64,000 nucleotides of DNA from Candidatus Rifleibacteriota bacterium (GTDB lineage: Bacteria; Muiribacteriota; Ozemobacteria; Ozemobacterales; Ozemobacteraceae), in assembly GCA_051747585.1 (NCBI GenBank), contig JBNJGH010000002.1:1684-65683 (forward strand). The letters run 5' to 3'. The notes beneath the pieces were generated by a model. It made no database searches and had not been told where the DNA came from. It was given only the letters and a program-made list of their open reading frames with translations. A program made the translations under genes and the position numbers. This document shows positions 17,744 through 26,500 of this stretch, in pieces (position 1 is the stretch's first letter; each line of letters starts with the position of its first letter).

Positions 17744-18778
17744 TTATTTTCTTTCAATTTGTAGAGGTTTATCTTCAAAGGGGTTTAAAGGTTGTTTTTC
17801 GGGATTGAGCAAGACCGAATCTGAGGCAAGAACTTTTGAATTTTCGTCTTTAAGGGTCCGGGTTGCAACTTCGGTTTCAACATCGGTTGCCATATCAGAC
17901 GCAACGTCAGGCGGAACATTTGTAGTAGAAGTTTCTGAAGTTGTAACTAGCGGTTCTTTTATTTGATTCGAATGATTCTTTTCATTATTTATAATTATTT
18001 TACTGCATGATGCCAGGGCTCTGGTTTCTGATGCGCATTTATTGTTAGAAACACGATCATTCATTTTTTTCTCAGAAATCTTTTTGTCACTTTGCCGGGA
18101 AGTAGCCTTATAATTCTGCTTGTTAAGCCAATGTTCGCTTTTATTAATTATTATTTTTACCGGTTGTCCCTCGAGTAATTTAAAAACAGCATCAGAATTG
18201 ATAAATTCAAGTTTAAGATTTTTAACCGGTTTTAATACCGACTTTCCGATATGACTGAAAGTAGAAGTAGTCTCTGAGGTTACCTTGAAAATAAAATTCC
18301 CCTCTATAGTGGCCGGTTGGGCTAAATCAAGCAGGTTTATTTCCTTACCCGGCACAACAGGTTGATTGTTGTAAAAAGCGTTCTGGCCTATTGCCTTACA
18401 GGTTATCAGCTGAGTTATATTATCCCTGGTCTTCATTAATTGCACAGTATTTAATAAAGCCGCAAAAAATATTATTGCCAGGCCAGGCGCGAAAATCCAG
18501 AACCAGATTTTTCGGGCGCTCAGTTTTTTTTCTTCGTTCTGATCGGGTTCTAACTTCAACTCGGCAATTTTAGTAAGTACTTTTTCTTTTAACCGACTAC
18601 CTGAAAAAGCCTCATCAAAGTTTCGACAAACAGCTTTTTCTTTATTGATAATCTCTTCGACTTCAATACGGCAACTTCGGCACTGTCTGATGTGCTGATA
18701 AATTTCTTCAGCATTTTCGGAACTGAGATCTTTATCTATGAACCGATATAGATCTATTTTTTCAGGACAGCTTTTCAT
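17744..18778 (-). CDS. Zinc anti-sigma factor (ZAS, HxxxCxxC), single-pass membrane protein with a long extracytoplasmic domain.
   Basis: IYQHIRQCRSCRIE motif, a TM helix IWFWIFAPGLAIIFFAALL, and a 17-nt overlap with the upstream ECF sigma gene. Confidence 0.6.
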   Translation of the reverse strand: MKSCPEKIDLYRFIDKDLSSENAEEIYQHIRQCRSCRIEVEEIINKEKAVCRNFDEAFSGSRLKEKVLTKIAELKLEPDQNEEKKLSARKIWFWIFAPGLAIIFFAALLNTVQLMKTRDNITQLITCKAIGQNAFYNNQPVVPGKEINLLDLAQPATIEGNFIFKVTSETTSTFSHIGKSVLKPVKNLKLEFINSDAVFKLLEGQPVKIIINKSEHWLNKQNYKATSRQSDKKISEKKMNDRVSNNKCASETRALASCSKIIINNEKNHSNQIKEPLVTTSETSTTNVPPDVASDMATDVETEVATRTLKDENSKVLASDSVLLNPEKQPLNPFEDKPLQIERK

Positions 18779-19334
18779 CTTTTTCTCTTTTACCCCTTAA
18801 TAAGGTTCGAGCTTTAAAAATACGATTTTTAACTGTTTGTAACGGAATTTCCAATATTTCGGCGATTTCCTGATATGAAATCTGATTTACCACTCTTAGA
18901 ACAAACGGTTCCCTCAGGTCTTCAGGCAAACTTTGTATCATATCTGAAATACGCTTAAAGCTTTCATTTCTAATTGCGACTTCTTGCGGATTCTTCTGGA
19001 CAGAATCCTCTTGATTTATCAAAACAGAATCTACCAAGTCTGTTGCAACAATATCGCGAGATTTCTTTCTAATCTGGTCTACCATTAAATTTCTAGCGAT
19101 GGTAACCACCCAGCTGCTAAATTTTTTATCACAATCAAAGGATCTAAGGTGTTTAAATGCTTTAACAAAGGATTCTTGCGCAATATCTTCAACCTCCTGA
19201 AGATTTTTCATTCTTGTCAACAAAAAACTGTAAATAAGTCTTTCATAACGCTCAATCAAACAACCGAAGTCTTCAGCTCTTCCACTGAGAACTGATGCAA
19301 CCACTTCTCTGTCTGATTTATTTTCTTTGCTCAT
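18762..19334 (-). CDS. ECF sigma-70 family RNA polymerase sigma factor (second copy in the window).
   Basis: Region 2 (YERLIYSFLLTRMKNLQEVEDIAQESFVKAFKHL) and region 4 (YQEIAEILEIPLQTVKNRIFKARTLL). Confidence 0.85.
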   Translation of the reverse strand: MSKENKSDREVVASVLSGRAEDFGCLIERYERLIYSFLLTRMKNLQEVEDIAQESFVKAFKHLRSFDCDKKFSSWVVTIARNLMVDQIRKKSRDIVATDLVDSVLINQEDSVQKNPQEVAIRNESFKRISDMIQSLPEDLREPFVLRVVNQISYQEIAEILEIPLQTVKNRIFKARTLLRGKREKDEKLS

Positions 19335-19364
19335 CTAAAATACCGATAAAAATAGAAAAAGTTT

Positions 19365-21644
19365 TTAATCTTCAGAAATAATTTCAATATCTCTTGGTCC
19401 CATGGCCAAACCGTAAAAATCTTGTAATGACATATCGTTATCTCCAGCAAGCTCTTCCGGGTAGAAACCCCACTCGAGAATACATCCGTTTTTTACCAGA
19501 TCTCCGATATTATCGCAGGCAACACCGCCGATTATATGTAAAGGATTTGGAACGTCGAGGCGTCCAGAGCCGTTATTCATGGAAACGAAGAAGCCATGGA
19601 TCTCAGGTAAGGGACCGGCAAGGGTTTTACCTGCATTAAGATTTATACCCCTTCGAGAAATAAAAGTTAAATAACCAAAGGCATCGGGATTCCCACTGGA
19701 AGCTGCTCCATCAACAAGGTAGGGGTTAATTACCGGTTGATTTATTTCTATTTTTCCATCACAGATAATTATGCCCCCTTTTGCAACTTCGAGAGGCATA
19801 TCTATCACCAGATCACCTTCAAACCCAATAATACAATTCAAATAAAGCTGTTTTTTTCCACGATCATCTATAATAAATTTATTGTTAAAAAATTCGCATT
19901 TACTTAAAAAGGTTGGTTCGCCCGGGTTTCCTTCAACCAGGTAAGCCATTTTATCTTTAAGATAATTTGTCCCCGGAGATATCTGTCTAATATTGCCCGT
20001 ATAATAAATTTCCTGGTTGTCATTAAAATCATAGTCAGAATCACAGAGATTATCAGGACTGTCCCTGACATACTCATTGTCTGGCACTACTTCATTCCAG
20101 TCTCTGTCAGGCCCTCCCGGATCGCAGATGTTTTTGAGCCCGGCAAGATAAGGTTCGTAATCAATAATTTTGGGATCTAAACCGGGCAATGGCGGGCTGT
20201 TTCCCGGTAGTCCAACCTGATATTTTGCAACATCCATTTCGGTCGACATCAAGCTATAGAAATCCTGAACAAAATTTTCATCTACGCTCGCGCCCATGGC
20301 ACCCCTGTACCAGTCTGGCACTTCATTAACAACAAAATCAGTATAAGACAGGCTTTGAGTAAAAGCCCTGAGTGGATACACCCTCGAACATTCGGGAAAA
20401 TAAAAAGAATAAGTTCTTACATAACGTCTTTTTATTTTTCCAAAAATCAAAGTTGGCGTACAAAGAGCTGGCGTTCCAAAAAGATGCATGGAGCTTCCAC
20501 GATCTATTTCTTCATTAACTCTGGTTTTATAAATATTAACCGCAGTGCCGAAAAGTGATTTACTGCGAAATTGAATATCCCATAAACCTCTGTAATATCC
20601 ATAATCAACCATTGCAATCATTACTTTACTTGCTTCTTCACTGATTTTATTACCAGGAATTTTATCGTTAAACCATTCGGTCCAATCTTTAGAAACAAGC
20701 CAGCCCGCAGAATTAGGGTTAAAATAAAAATGGAAATACTCACCAAACTTTGTTTTCAGCTGGTCATCGGCACTACCAGTATTTACATTTAAAACCAGGT
20801 TGCCCGAATCACCTGAGGTATCGGTAGTTGTTCCTCTGCCCCCGAGGTATATCCAGCCACTTTTGATAAAGGAAGGTTCAGCGTCAATTGTTTTAACTAT
20901 GTTATCGGCTCGATTAAAGCGGAAATCAAACCCCTCAAGATTGGCTTTTTTCTCAGGAATTCTTCGATTAAGACAAACAAAAGGCCGATTTCTTAAAAGT
21001 TGACCATTATCGTCTACCAGGGTACGGTTTGCGAGGTTTTTATCAATAGTCGCACCACGGTGGGAAAATAAAGTAAAACGATAAAATGGTGGTGCCAGAA
21101 GATGGGTAAGAAAAAATTCTTTGCGCAATCGACTTATTTTAGTCATTCCATCACAATAAGCCGTGACTTTTACTTCAATATTACCTCTTCTTTCGAAGGG
21201 ACTTTTTTTCAAACCGGGAATTGGCGTATCGAAGGGATATTTGTCGCCCAAATCGACAACATAGGTGACAGTCAGCTCCAGATCTCTTCCTTTATCATCG
21301 AGTAATTTTACCAGAGCCTTTACCACATCCAGACCGTTAACAACACTTGAATAATCCTCTTCAGACATCTTTCCCGTTTCACCATTAAAAGCTGCATCAA
21401 TAATTTTCTGGCAAAAATCAGGATCTCTTGTTTCAAAATCTTTCTGCAGCTTTCTAACTGTTATTCGTCCAACTGCTGAAGCGATCTGGTAAAGCTTTTC
21501 ACTATTGGAAACGCGGTTGGTAAGAGAACTTTCGTGCCTGACCCTGTCAATTAAAGAGAGAAAGATAATCATTGAAAAAACAAGGGCACCAACAACCAGT
21601 ACCATCAGCATACCCTTATTATTCTTATGAAATTTACCGATCAT
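19365..21644 (-). CDS. Large (759 aa) envelope protein with a pseudopilin-like hydrophobic N-terminus. It is a possible GspK-like minor pseudopilin homolog with a large extra domain.
   Basis: N-terminus NNKGMLMVLVVGALVFSMIIFLSLI resembles the GspK N-terminus (KRGMALVVVLVLLAVMM), which lacks the Glu at +5. The gene heads the operon that contains the two pseudopilins. The remainder has no recognisable motifs. Confidence 0.35.
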   Translation of the reverse strand: MIGKFHKNNKGMLMVLVVGALVFSMIIFLSLIDRVRHESSLTNRVSNSEKLYQIASAVGRITVRKLQKDFETRDPDFCQKIIDAAFNGETGKMSEEDYSSVVNGLDVVKALVKLLDDKGRDLELTVTYVVDLGDKYPFDTPIPGLKKSPFERRGNIEVKVTAYCDGMTKISRLRKEFFLTHLLAPPFYRFTLFSHRGATIDKNLANRTLVDDNGQLLRNRPFVCLNRRIPEKKANLEGFDFRFNRADNIVKTIDAEPSFIKSGWIYLGGRGTTTDTSGDSGNLVLNVNTGSADDQLKTKFGEYFHFYFNPNSAGWLVSKDWTEWFNDKIPGNKISEEASKVMIAMVDYGYYRGLWDIQFRSKSLFGTAVNIYKTRVNEEIDRGSSMHLFGTPALCTPTLIFGKIKRRYVRTYSFYFPECSRVYPLRAFTQSLSYTDFVVNEVPDWYRGAMGASVDENFVQDFYSLMSTEMDVAKYQVGLPGNSPPLPGLDPKIIDYEPYLAGLKNICDPGGPDRDWNEVVPDNEYVRDSPDNLCDSDYDFNDNQEIYYTGNIRQISPGTNYLKDKMAYLVEGNPGEPTFLSKCEFFNNKFIIDDRGKKQLYLNCIIGFEGDLVIDMPLEVAKGGIIICDGKIEINQPVINPYLVDGAASSGNPDAFGYLTFISRRGINLNAGKTLAGPLPEIHGFFVSMNNGSGRLDVPNPLHIIGGVACDNIGDLVKNGCILEWGFYPEELAGDNDMSLQDFYGLAMGPRDIEIISED

Positions 21645-22473
21645 TTTTTTTCCTGATTTTATTTAGAATTGCCAGAGCTCTTTTATCATCAGGTGTCATA
21701 TCTAAAATTCTGCTGATAAAAGATTCGGATAATTTTGCTAAGCCAGAGTCAAAGGCGCTTATAGCAGCATACAGCAAGACTTCACGATTAAAAGGAAAGA
21801 ATTCAAGAGCTTTTTTAAAGCTTTCAAGAGCCTGCTTACTCTTTTTCATTTCAAGAAGAAGGGTTCCTTTAATCACCAGAGCGGTTGAGCAATCTCTACT
21901 CGCGGGAAATTTTTCGATAAGTCGCTCGAGAACCTCGAGAGCTTTGTCTTTTTTTTGCAGCTGCACCAGGCACTGGGCTTTTTCGAGCATTGCATTGGTA
22001 TCAGTCGGATTGATCTGCAGCGTTTTTTCATAGAGGTTATATGCCTTTTGATAATTGCCTTTCAGTCTAAAAATGTCGGCCAGATCGTTATGGGCATTGC
22101 TATCCATGTTATTTAGCCTGATTGCCTGAGTATAAAAGGTTATTGCCTTATCGAACTCTTCTGCATCAAAAAAAGCATCGCCAAGCCAGTTTGCCAGCAT
22201 TGCACATTCAGGACTTAAATTAAAAGCTTTGTTTAAGTGGGAAATTGTTTTTTCCAGGTTTTTTCTTCGAGCCATGGTAATTCCCATTCCAGCATGGGCC
22301 TCGGGTGAGTTACAGTCAAGTTCTAAGGCTTTCTGATAATGTTGTTCAGCCTTATCAAGCCTTCCTTCTTCGAAGGCGGCAATACCCAGGGCAATATATG
22401 CACTTAAAACATTTTTGCCCTTTTTTAAACTTTCTCTGGCCTTTTTTTTAATATCTTTTGATTGAACTGACAT
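21634..22473 (-). CDS. TPR-repeat protein.
   Basis: Multiple 34-aa TPR-like repeats (AYIALGIAAFEEGRLDKAEQHYQKALELD..., AITFYTQAIRLNNMDSNAHNDLADIFRLKGNYQKAYNLYEKTLQINP). Confidence 0.7.
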   Translation of the reverse strand: MSVQSKDIKKKARESLKKGKNVLSAYIALGIAAFEEGRLDKAEQHYQKALELDCNSPEAHAGMGITMARRKNLEKTISHLNKAFNLSPECAMLANWLGDAFFDAEEFDKAITFYTQAIRLNNMDSNAHNDLADIFRLKGNYQKAYNLYEKTLQINPTDTNAMLEKAQCLVQLQKKDKALEVLERLIEKFPASRDCSTALVIKGTLLLEMKKSKQALESFKKALEFFPFNREVLLYAAISAFDSGLAKLSESFISRILDMTPDDKRALAILNKIRKKNDR

Positions 22474-22527
22474 TTTTACTAGTATAACAATTAATAAACC
22501 ATGAAACAGCAGATATTTTACGTTTCT

Positions 22528-23505
22528 TCAGCTATAAAGTTTTTTGTTTCTTACAAATGAATATATTTTTGCCAATAGCGGAAGCTTACGTAAAGCTAAA
22601 CCAAGTTTAAATCTAAGCATATCACTTTTTTTTACCGGAAACCTGTGAATTTTCATTAAATTCATACCTGGTAAATTTGCGCCCGCATCTGTGCGCAATG
22701 CCGCCTTATAGCCAACCTTTCTGGCTATATTTTCAAGTCTTTCGTCAGCCTTGCCCCATGGCCAACAGATTACCGGATAATTTTCAGGAAATAAATTCTT
22801 AATAATTTTCAACGAGGTAATAAGATCAATTTTTATTCTATTTTGAAATTCTTCCTGGCTTTCCTGTTCAAAAATTATTTTTTGATTCTCGATGCGCGGA
22901 AATACAGCACGGCTCACAAGCTCGGCGTTTCTTTTAAAGACAGGCCATTTGCCTTTGGAAATATTTTTCTGCCAGGCTGAAATTATTCCCCAATGATTAT
23001 CAGAATCAGGATAAGTGCCGGTAGTTTCCCTGGAAGTAAAAACCTGATTATGAGAATGAGAATGGGAAAAAATCTGCCAGACACCAGAATTCTGCATAAG
23101 TTTTAGTTCTTTTTTTGAAAGAAAATGACTCAAATCGCCATTTCTGGCAGCAGTATGGGCCTGATTAAAACCGACCATTTTTTTGGCACCCTTTTGCGTA
23201 TCAGGTCTTATTAAAGAAGTTGCAATAAAAAGAGATGCTTTGCATTTATATTTCTCAAGCAAAGGCTGGGCAAATAAATAATTGTCTATGAACCCATCAT
23301 CGAATGTAATACAGACTGAAGGTCTTGTTAAGGTGTTTTGTCCGGCAAGGTAATCAATCAAATCATGCATGCTTAAAGTTTGATAGCCGGCTCTTTGAAT
23401 ATAACCAAGCTGTTTTTCGAACAACTCCGTTGCCACACTTAAATGTGCAGGGTCAGGCGCACCAACACGATGATAGTACAATACCGGAATTGAATAGTTA
23501 ATCAT
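22528..23505 (-). CDS. Polysaccharide deacetylase family (NodB homology) protein.
   Basis: The NodB motif 1 VCITFDDGFIDNY and downstream HSHSH-containing segments. Confidence 0.75.
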   Translation of the reverse strand: MINYSIPVLYYHRVGAPDPAHLSVATELFEKQLGYIQRAGYQTLSMHDLIDYLAGQNTLTRPSVCITFDDGFIDNYLFAQPLLEKYKCKASLFIATSLIRPDTQKGAKKMVGFNQAHTAARNGDLSHFLSKKELKLMQNSGVWQIFSHSHSHNQVFTSRETTGTYPDSDNHWGIISAWQKNISKGKWPVFKRNAELVSRAVFPRIENQKIIFEQESQEEFQNRIKIDLITSLKIIKNLFPENYPVICWPWGKADERLENIARKVGYKAALRTDAGANLPGMNLMKIHRFPVKKSDMLRFKLGLALRKLPLLAKIYSFVRNKKLYS

Positions 23506-24581
23506 AATAATTCTTTATAAGCCCACAGGGTTTTCTTTACCATTGCTTCAACTGAGAAATGGATCAGGGTAAGTTCGCGCAATTTATGTCTTTCATTTGA
23601 AGCTGGATAATTATTTTTCATTTTCATTATGGCATTGGCAAAGGAAGCTTCATTACCAGCTTCAAAAAGAAGCAATGGTATCATCGAATTAAGTTCAACA
23701 TTTGCAGGAATATTGGAAGCTATTACCGGAACCTCAAGAGCAAGAGACTCACGAATTGTACCCGAGAAACCTTCCTGATAAGATGCATTAACGGTAAAAG
23801 CACTTTTTTGCATAAGAGCGGGAACATCATTTCTAAAACCAAGAAGATGAATCCTACCTGGTTCTGGAGCTAAATTGGCTAGCTGCTGCAATTTTTGTGA
23901 ATCAGTTTCTTTGCCGACAACTACAAGATGAAGTTCTGGCCATTGGCGAGCTATTTTATTGAATGATCTGATAAGTAGCTCATGCCCTTTGTTGGAATTA
24001 AAATTACCAACGAGTAAAGCTGCCGGACACCTCTGGGGAACAGGCCATTCTCCGGTAAGTTCATGTTTCAGGTCAGGTGAAAACCTTCGGGTATCTGTAG
24101 CAGAATGTACCACTTGAATTTTGCTTTCTTTTACTCCGATTTCAGTCAATCTTCTTTTTACCGCACGGCTTACCGCTATAAAACCTTTTAAAACAGGAGT
24201 TCGATATTTAACCGGGCTAACAGGATTAAAGTCAGGTTTAAAAAGCACCCTTCTAGTTACAATCAAGCCACGAAACCTGAAAAGAAGAGAAACAAACAAC
24301 CATTGAGTGTGGGCCCAGGCCCGATGAACATTTACCACATCGGGTTTAAAACAGCGGTATGCTCTTGTTAACTCAATCATTGAAGGAAGGTAAATTTCGC
24401 GACGATAATCGACGGGCCAGACATCAAGCTGCTTTTCTCTGGCCTTATTTTCTAACTCGCTTCCTTTTTGGCACATAAGCAAAACTTCATGACCCAGCTT
24501 TCTTTGCTCGAGGGCGAGAAAAAAAGCCTGTTGCTGACCGCCACTCCAGGTTTTTCCTTCTAGAGAGTGAATAATTTTCAT
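23502..24581 (-). CDS. Glycosyltransferase family 4 (GT-B, group 1). The start is revised to the internal Met MKIIHSLEG, with the ORF-track start at 24680 as an alternative.
   Basis: C-terminal GT4 motif EGFSGTIRESLALEVPVIASN and an N-terminal GT4-like KIIHSLEGKTWSGGQQQ. A 4-nt overlap with the deacetylase gene suggests an operon. Confidence 0.7.
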   Translation of the reverse strand: MKIIHSLEGKTWSGGQQQAFFLALEQRKLGHEVLLMCQKGSELENKAREKQLDVWPVDYRREIYLPSMIELTRAYRCFKPDVVNVHRAWAHTQWLFVSLLFRFRGLIVTRRVLFKPDFNPVSPVKYRTPVLKGFIAVSRAVKRRLTEIGVKESKIQVVHSATDTRRFSPDLKHELTGEWPVPQRCPAALLVGNFNSNKGHELLIRSFNKIARQWPELHLVVVGKETDSQKLQQLANLAPEPGRIHLLGFRNDVPALMQKSAFTVNASYQEGFSGTIRESLALEVPVIASNIPANVELNSMIPLLLFEAGNEASFANAIMKMKNNYPASNERHKLRELTLIHFSVEAMVKKTLWAYKELL

Positions 24582-24651
24582 TTTTCCAAATCCTGTCTGG
24601 TTTGTAAGCTTAATATAATATAATGAATTTTCCCAAATTACCGCAAAATTG

Positions 24652-24680
24652 AGGATATTTTTTTTCAATGTTAATTGCAA
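24652..24680 (-). promoter_or_regulatory. Candidate sigma-70 promoter for the GT4 to LysM operon (TTGCAA-17-TATCCT on the minus strand).
   Basis: Read by eye; a second candidate (TTTGCG-18-TATATT) lies just downstream. It has not been verified. Confidence 0.2.
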
Positions 24681-24705
24681 AAGTAAAAAAATCTGGAATA
24701 ACTCT

Positions 24706-24950
24706 GTTTATTAATTGATGGTGAAAGCGATATAAACCGTGTCATGCCATCGTAGGCAGGCATCCAGGGTCAAAGCACCATTTTTCGTCATTCCGGCCGA
24801 ATGAAATGAGAGCCGGAATCCAGGGTCAGGGTAATAGGTTTTTCAGGCTTTCAAACTCAAACCAGGCATCCAGCTTATATTTGTTTAAAAAAAACGACAA
24901 TTATTCTGGATTCCTGATCCGGTTATAACCGGTCAGGAATGACGGATAGA
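24706..24950. repeat. Cluster of short GC-rich palindromic repeats (second family): gtcattccggc...gccggaatccagggtcagg, ggattcctgatccgg-ttataa-ccggtcaggaatgacgg, and a repeated CATCCAGGGTCA motif.
   Basis: Read directly from the sequence. A related unit gacaatcccggattcctgatcgcg...gtcaggaaagacgg occurs at 49150-49195. Confidence 0.6.
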
Positions 24951-24952
24951 AA

Positions 24953-25146
24953 TTTGAGATTGCTTCGGCTCCGCTCAGCACAAGTGCTTCGTCGTTTCAC
25001 TCCTCGCAATGACAATTTGGGGCTGTCATTGCGAGCAACACGCGGCGCAAGCGCCTGCGCTGCGTGAGCGTTTATGCTGAACGGAGTCGAAGTAAAGCAA
25101 TCTAAATGTCTTGAAACGGTTTCTACAAAAAAATGGATAATTACTG
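24953..25146. mobile_element. MITE-like palindromic element, copy 4 (the left end is divergent or truncated).
   Basis: Core ctcgcaatgacaatttggggctgtcattgcgagc. The right end gagtcgaagtaaagcaatctaaatgtcttgaaacggtttctacaaaaaaatggataattactgg is a near-perfect inverted match to the left end of copy 3. Confidence 0.7.
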
Positions 25147-25215
25147 GATGTTTGTAAGGTAGATTGACCGGGTTAATTGCAAGTGATAGTATTCCATAAA
25201 ATTCAGGAGATATAG

Positions 25216-25917
25216 ATGAAATTTAAATTATTTTTTAAGAATTTTGCTTTTTTAACTGCTTTGGTAACTGCACTCATAATTTCCGGGTGCGGCGGTGGCG
25301 GCTCTTCCTCGGATGATTCTGATCTTTTTACCGCTCAACTTGCTGCCGGTAAGGTTTCTATTCAGAACGGCGGAACCAGAGACACCCTTTATGCCTGCAT
25401 TAAAGGAAGCGGTGCCGGTGGCGGTCATATTGAAGATCAGGCCGGTAATGAATTACCAGGTTCTGACCTGGTGCTCAACAGCATCAACGGGAATTATGAA
25501 GTTCTTCTTGATCGTAGTTCAGGCAGCTTTCGGGCAGGAACTTATGTATTGAAATATTTTCTTAACGGCGAAGTTTACGAGCTTAAAAAAGAACAACTTG
25601 AGTGGACAACTGTTCCTGAATTTATTCCTGCCCCCAACCCTCCGGTTTACAATTCCAGCACCAGAACGTTGACCGTTAGTTACCAGCCTGTAAACGGTAG
25701 CAGAGTCGAATATTATCTTTCAATTTATTCTGCAGTTACGGGTAGCCTTTATCGAGAAACATCGACAACTCCAGGTACGGAAATCAGCGAATACCTGTCG
25801 AGACCGGGAGATTACCAAATTAGATTAAATGCCGATGTTTACCAGAACGATGTTTTAACTTATACAGTCAAGCACTTGTTTACAGATGTTATCAAGGCCG
25901 GAGTGAAGGCTCCATAG
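25216..25917 (+). CDS. Lipoprotein of unknown function.
   Basis: Lipobox LIISGCGGGGSS. No further motifs were recognised. Confidence 0.5.
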   Translation: MKFKLFFKNFAFLTALVTALIISGCGGGGSSSDDSDLFTAQLAAGKVSIQNGGTRDTLYACIKGSGAGGGHIEDQAGNELPGSDLVLNSINGNYEVLLDRSSGSFRAGTYVLKYFLNGEVYELKKEQLEWTTVPEFIPAPNPPVYNSSTRTLTVSYQPVNGSRVEYYLSIYSAVTGSLYRETSTTPGTEISEYLSRPGDYQIRLNADVYQNDVLTYTVKHLFTDVIKAGVKAP

Positions 25918-26500
25918 AAGGTTTAACCCAATACCAGCTATATCTGAGTTCGTTGGTCTGTTGGTAAAATTTTGAAAACATTCCGCCCCCTGCTGCAACT
26001 TCTTTTCCTTTAGCAATTACAACTTTACTATTGTGCTCTTTGTTGAATAAGAAAACTTCGCCCTTAACCACGGAAATTCTGGTTAAAATAGGATTAGTTT
26101 TTATTACCACTATACCTTTTTGCATCTCCAGGTAAGCATGAGGGATTGTTATTTTTAAATTACCTGAATCGTTTTTTATTCCTACGATTCCTTTTCTAAT
26201 TTCAACCTGTTCTTTTTCTTTAAAAACCAGCAAAGAGCTTTCTTTTAAACGTATTTCTTTTTCCTGATCAGAAACAAAACAATGCCCGTCAAATATTGTG
26301 AGCAAGGTAAGCCCCTTTTTAAGCTGAATTTTACCAGGCTTAATCTCAAAAGGCGAAGTCTGTTGATATTTCCAGAAAGCATTACCTTTAACGAAATCTA
26401 CATTAAGGTAAGAATAATCAGACCTGGCCTGAGCCATACAAGAGATTAAGCACAGAAGAAGGAATATAACTGACTGTTTAATGCTGACTTTTAGCAACAC
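25892..26500 (-). CDS. Secreted hypothetical protein.
   Basis: Signal peptide VIFLLLCLISCMAQA. It is directly downstream of, and abutting, the NHL-repeat gene. Confidence 0.45.
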   Translation of the reverse strand: MLLKVSIKQSVIFLLLCLISCMAQARSDYSYLNVDFVKGNAFWKYQQTSPFEIKPGKIQLKKGLTLLTIFDGHCFVSDQEKEIRLKESSLLVFKEKEQVEIRKGIVGIKNDSGNLKITIPHAYLEMQKGIVVIKTNPILTRISVVKGEVFLFNKEHNSKVVIAKGKEVAAGGGMFSKFYQQTNELRYSWYWVKPSMEPSLRP

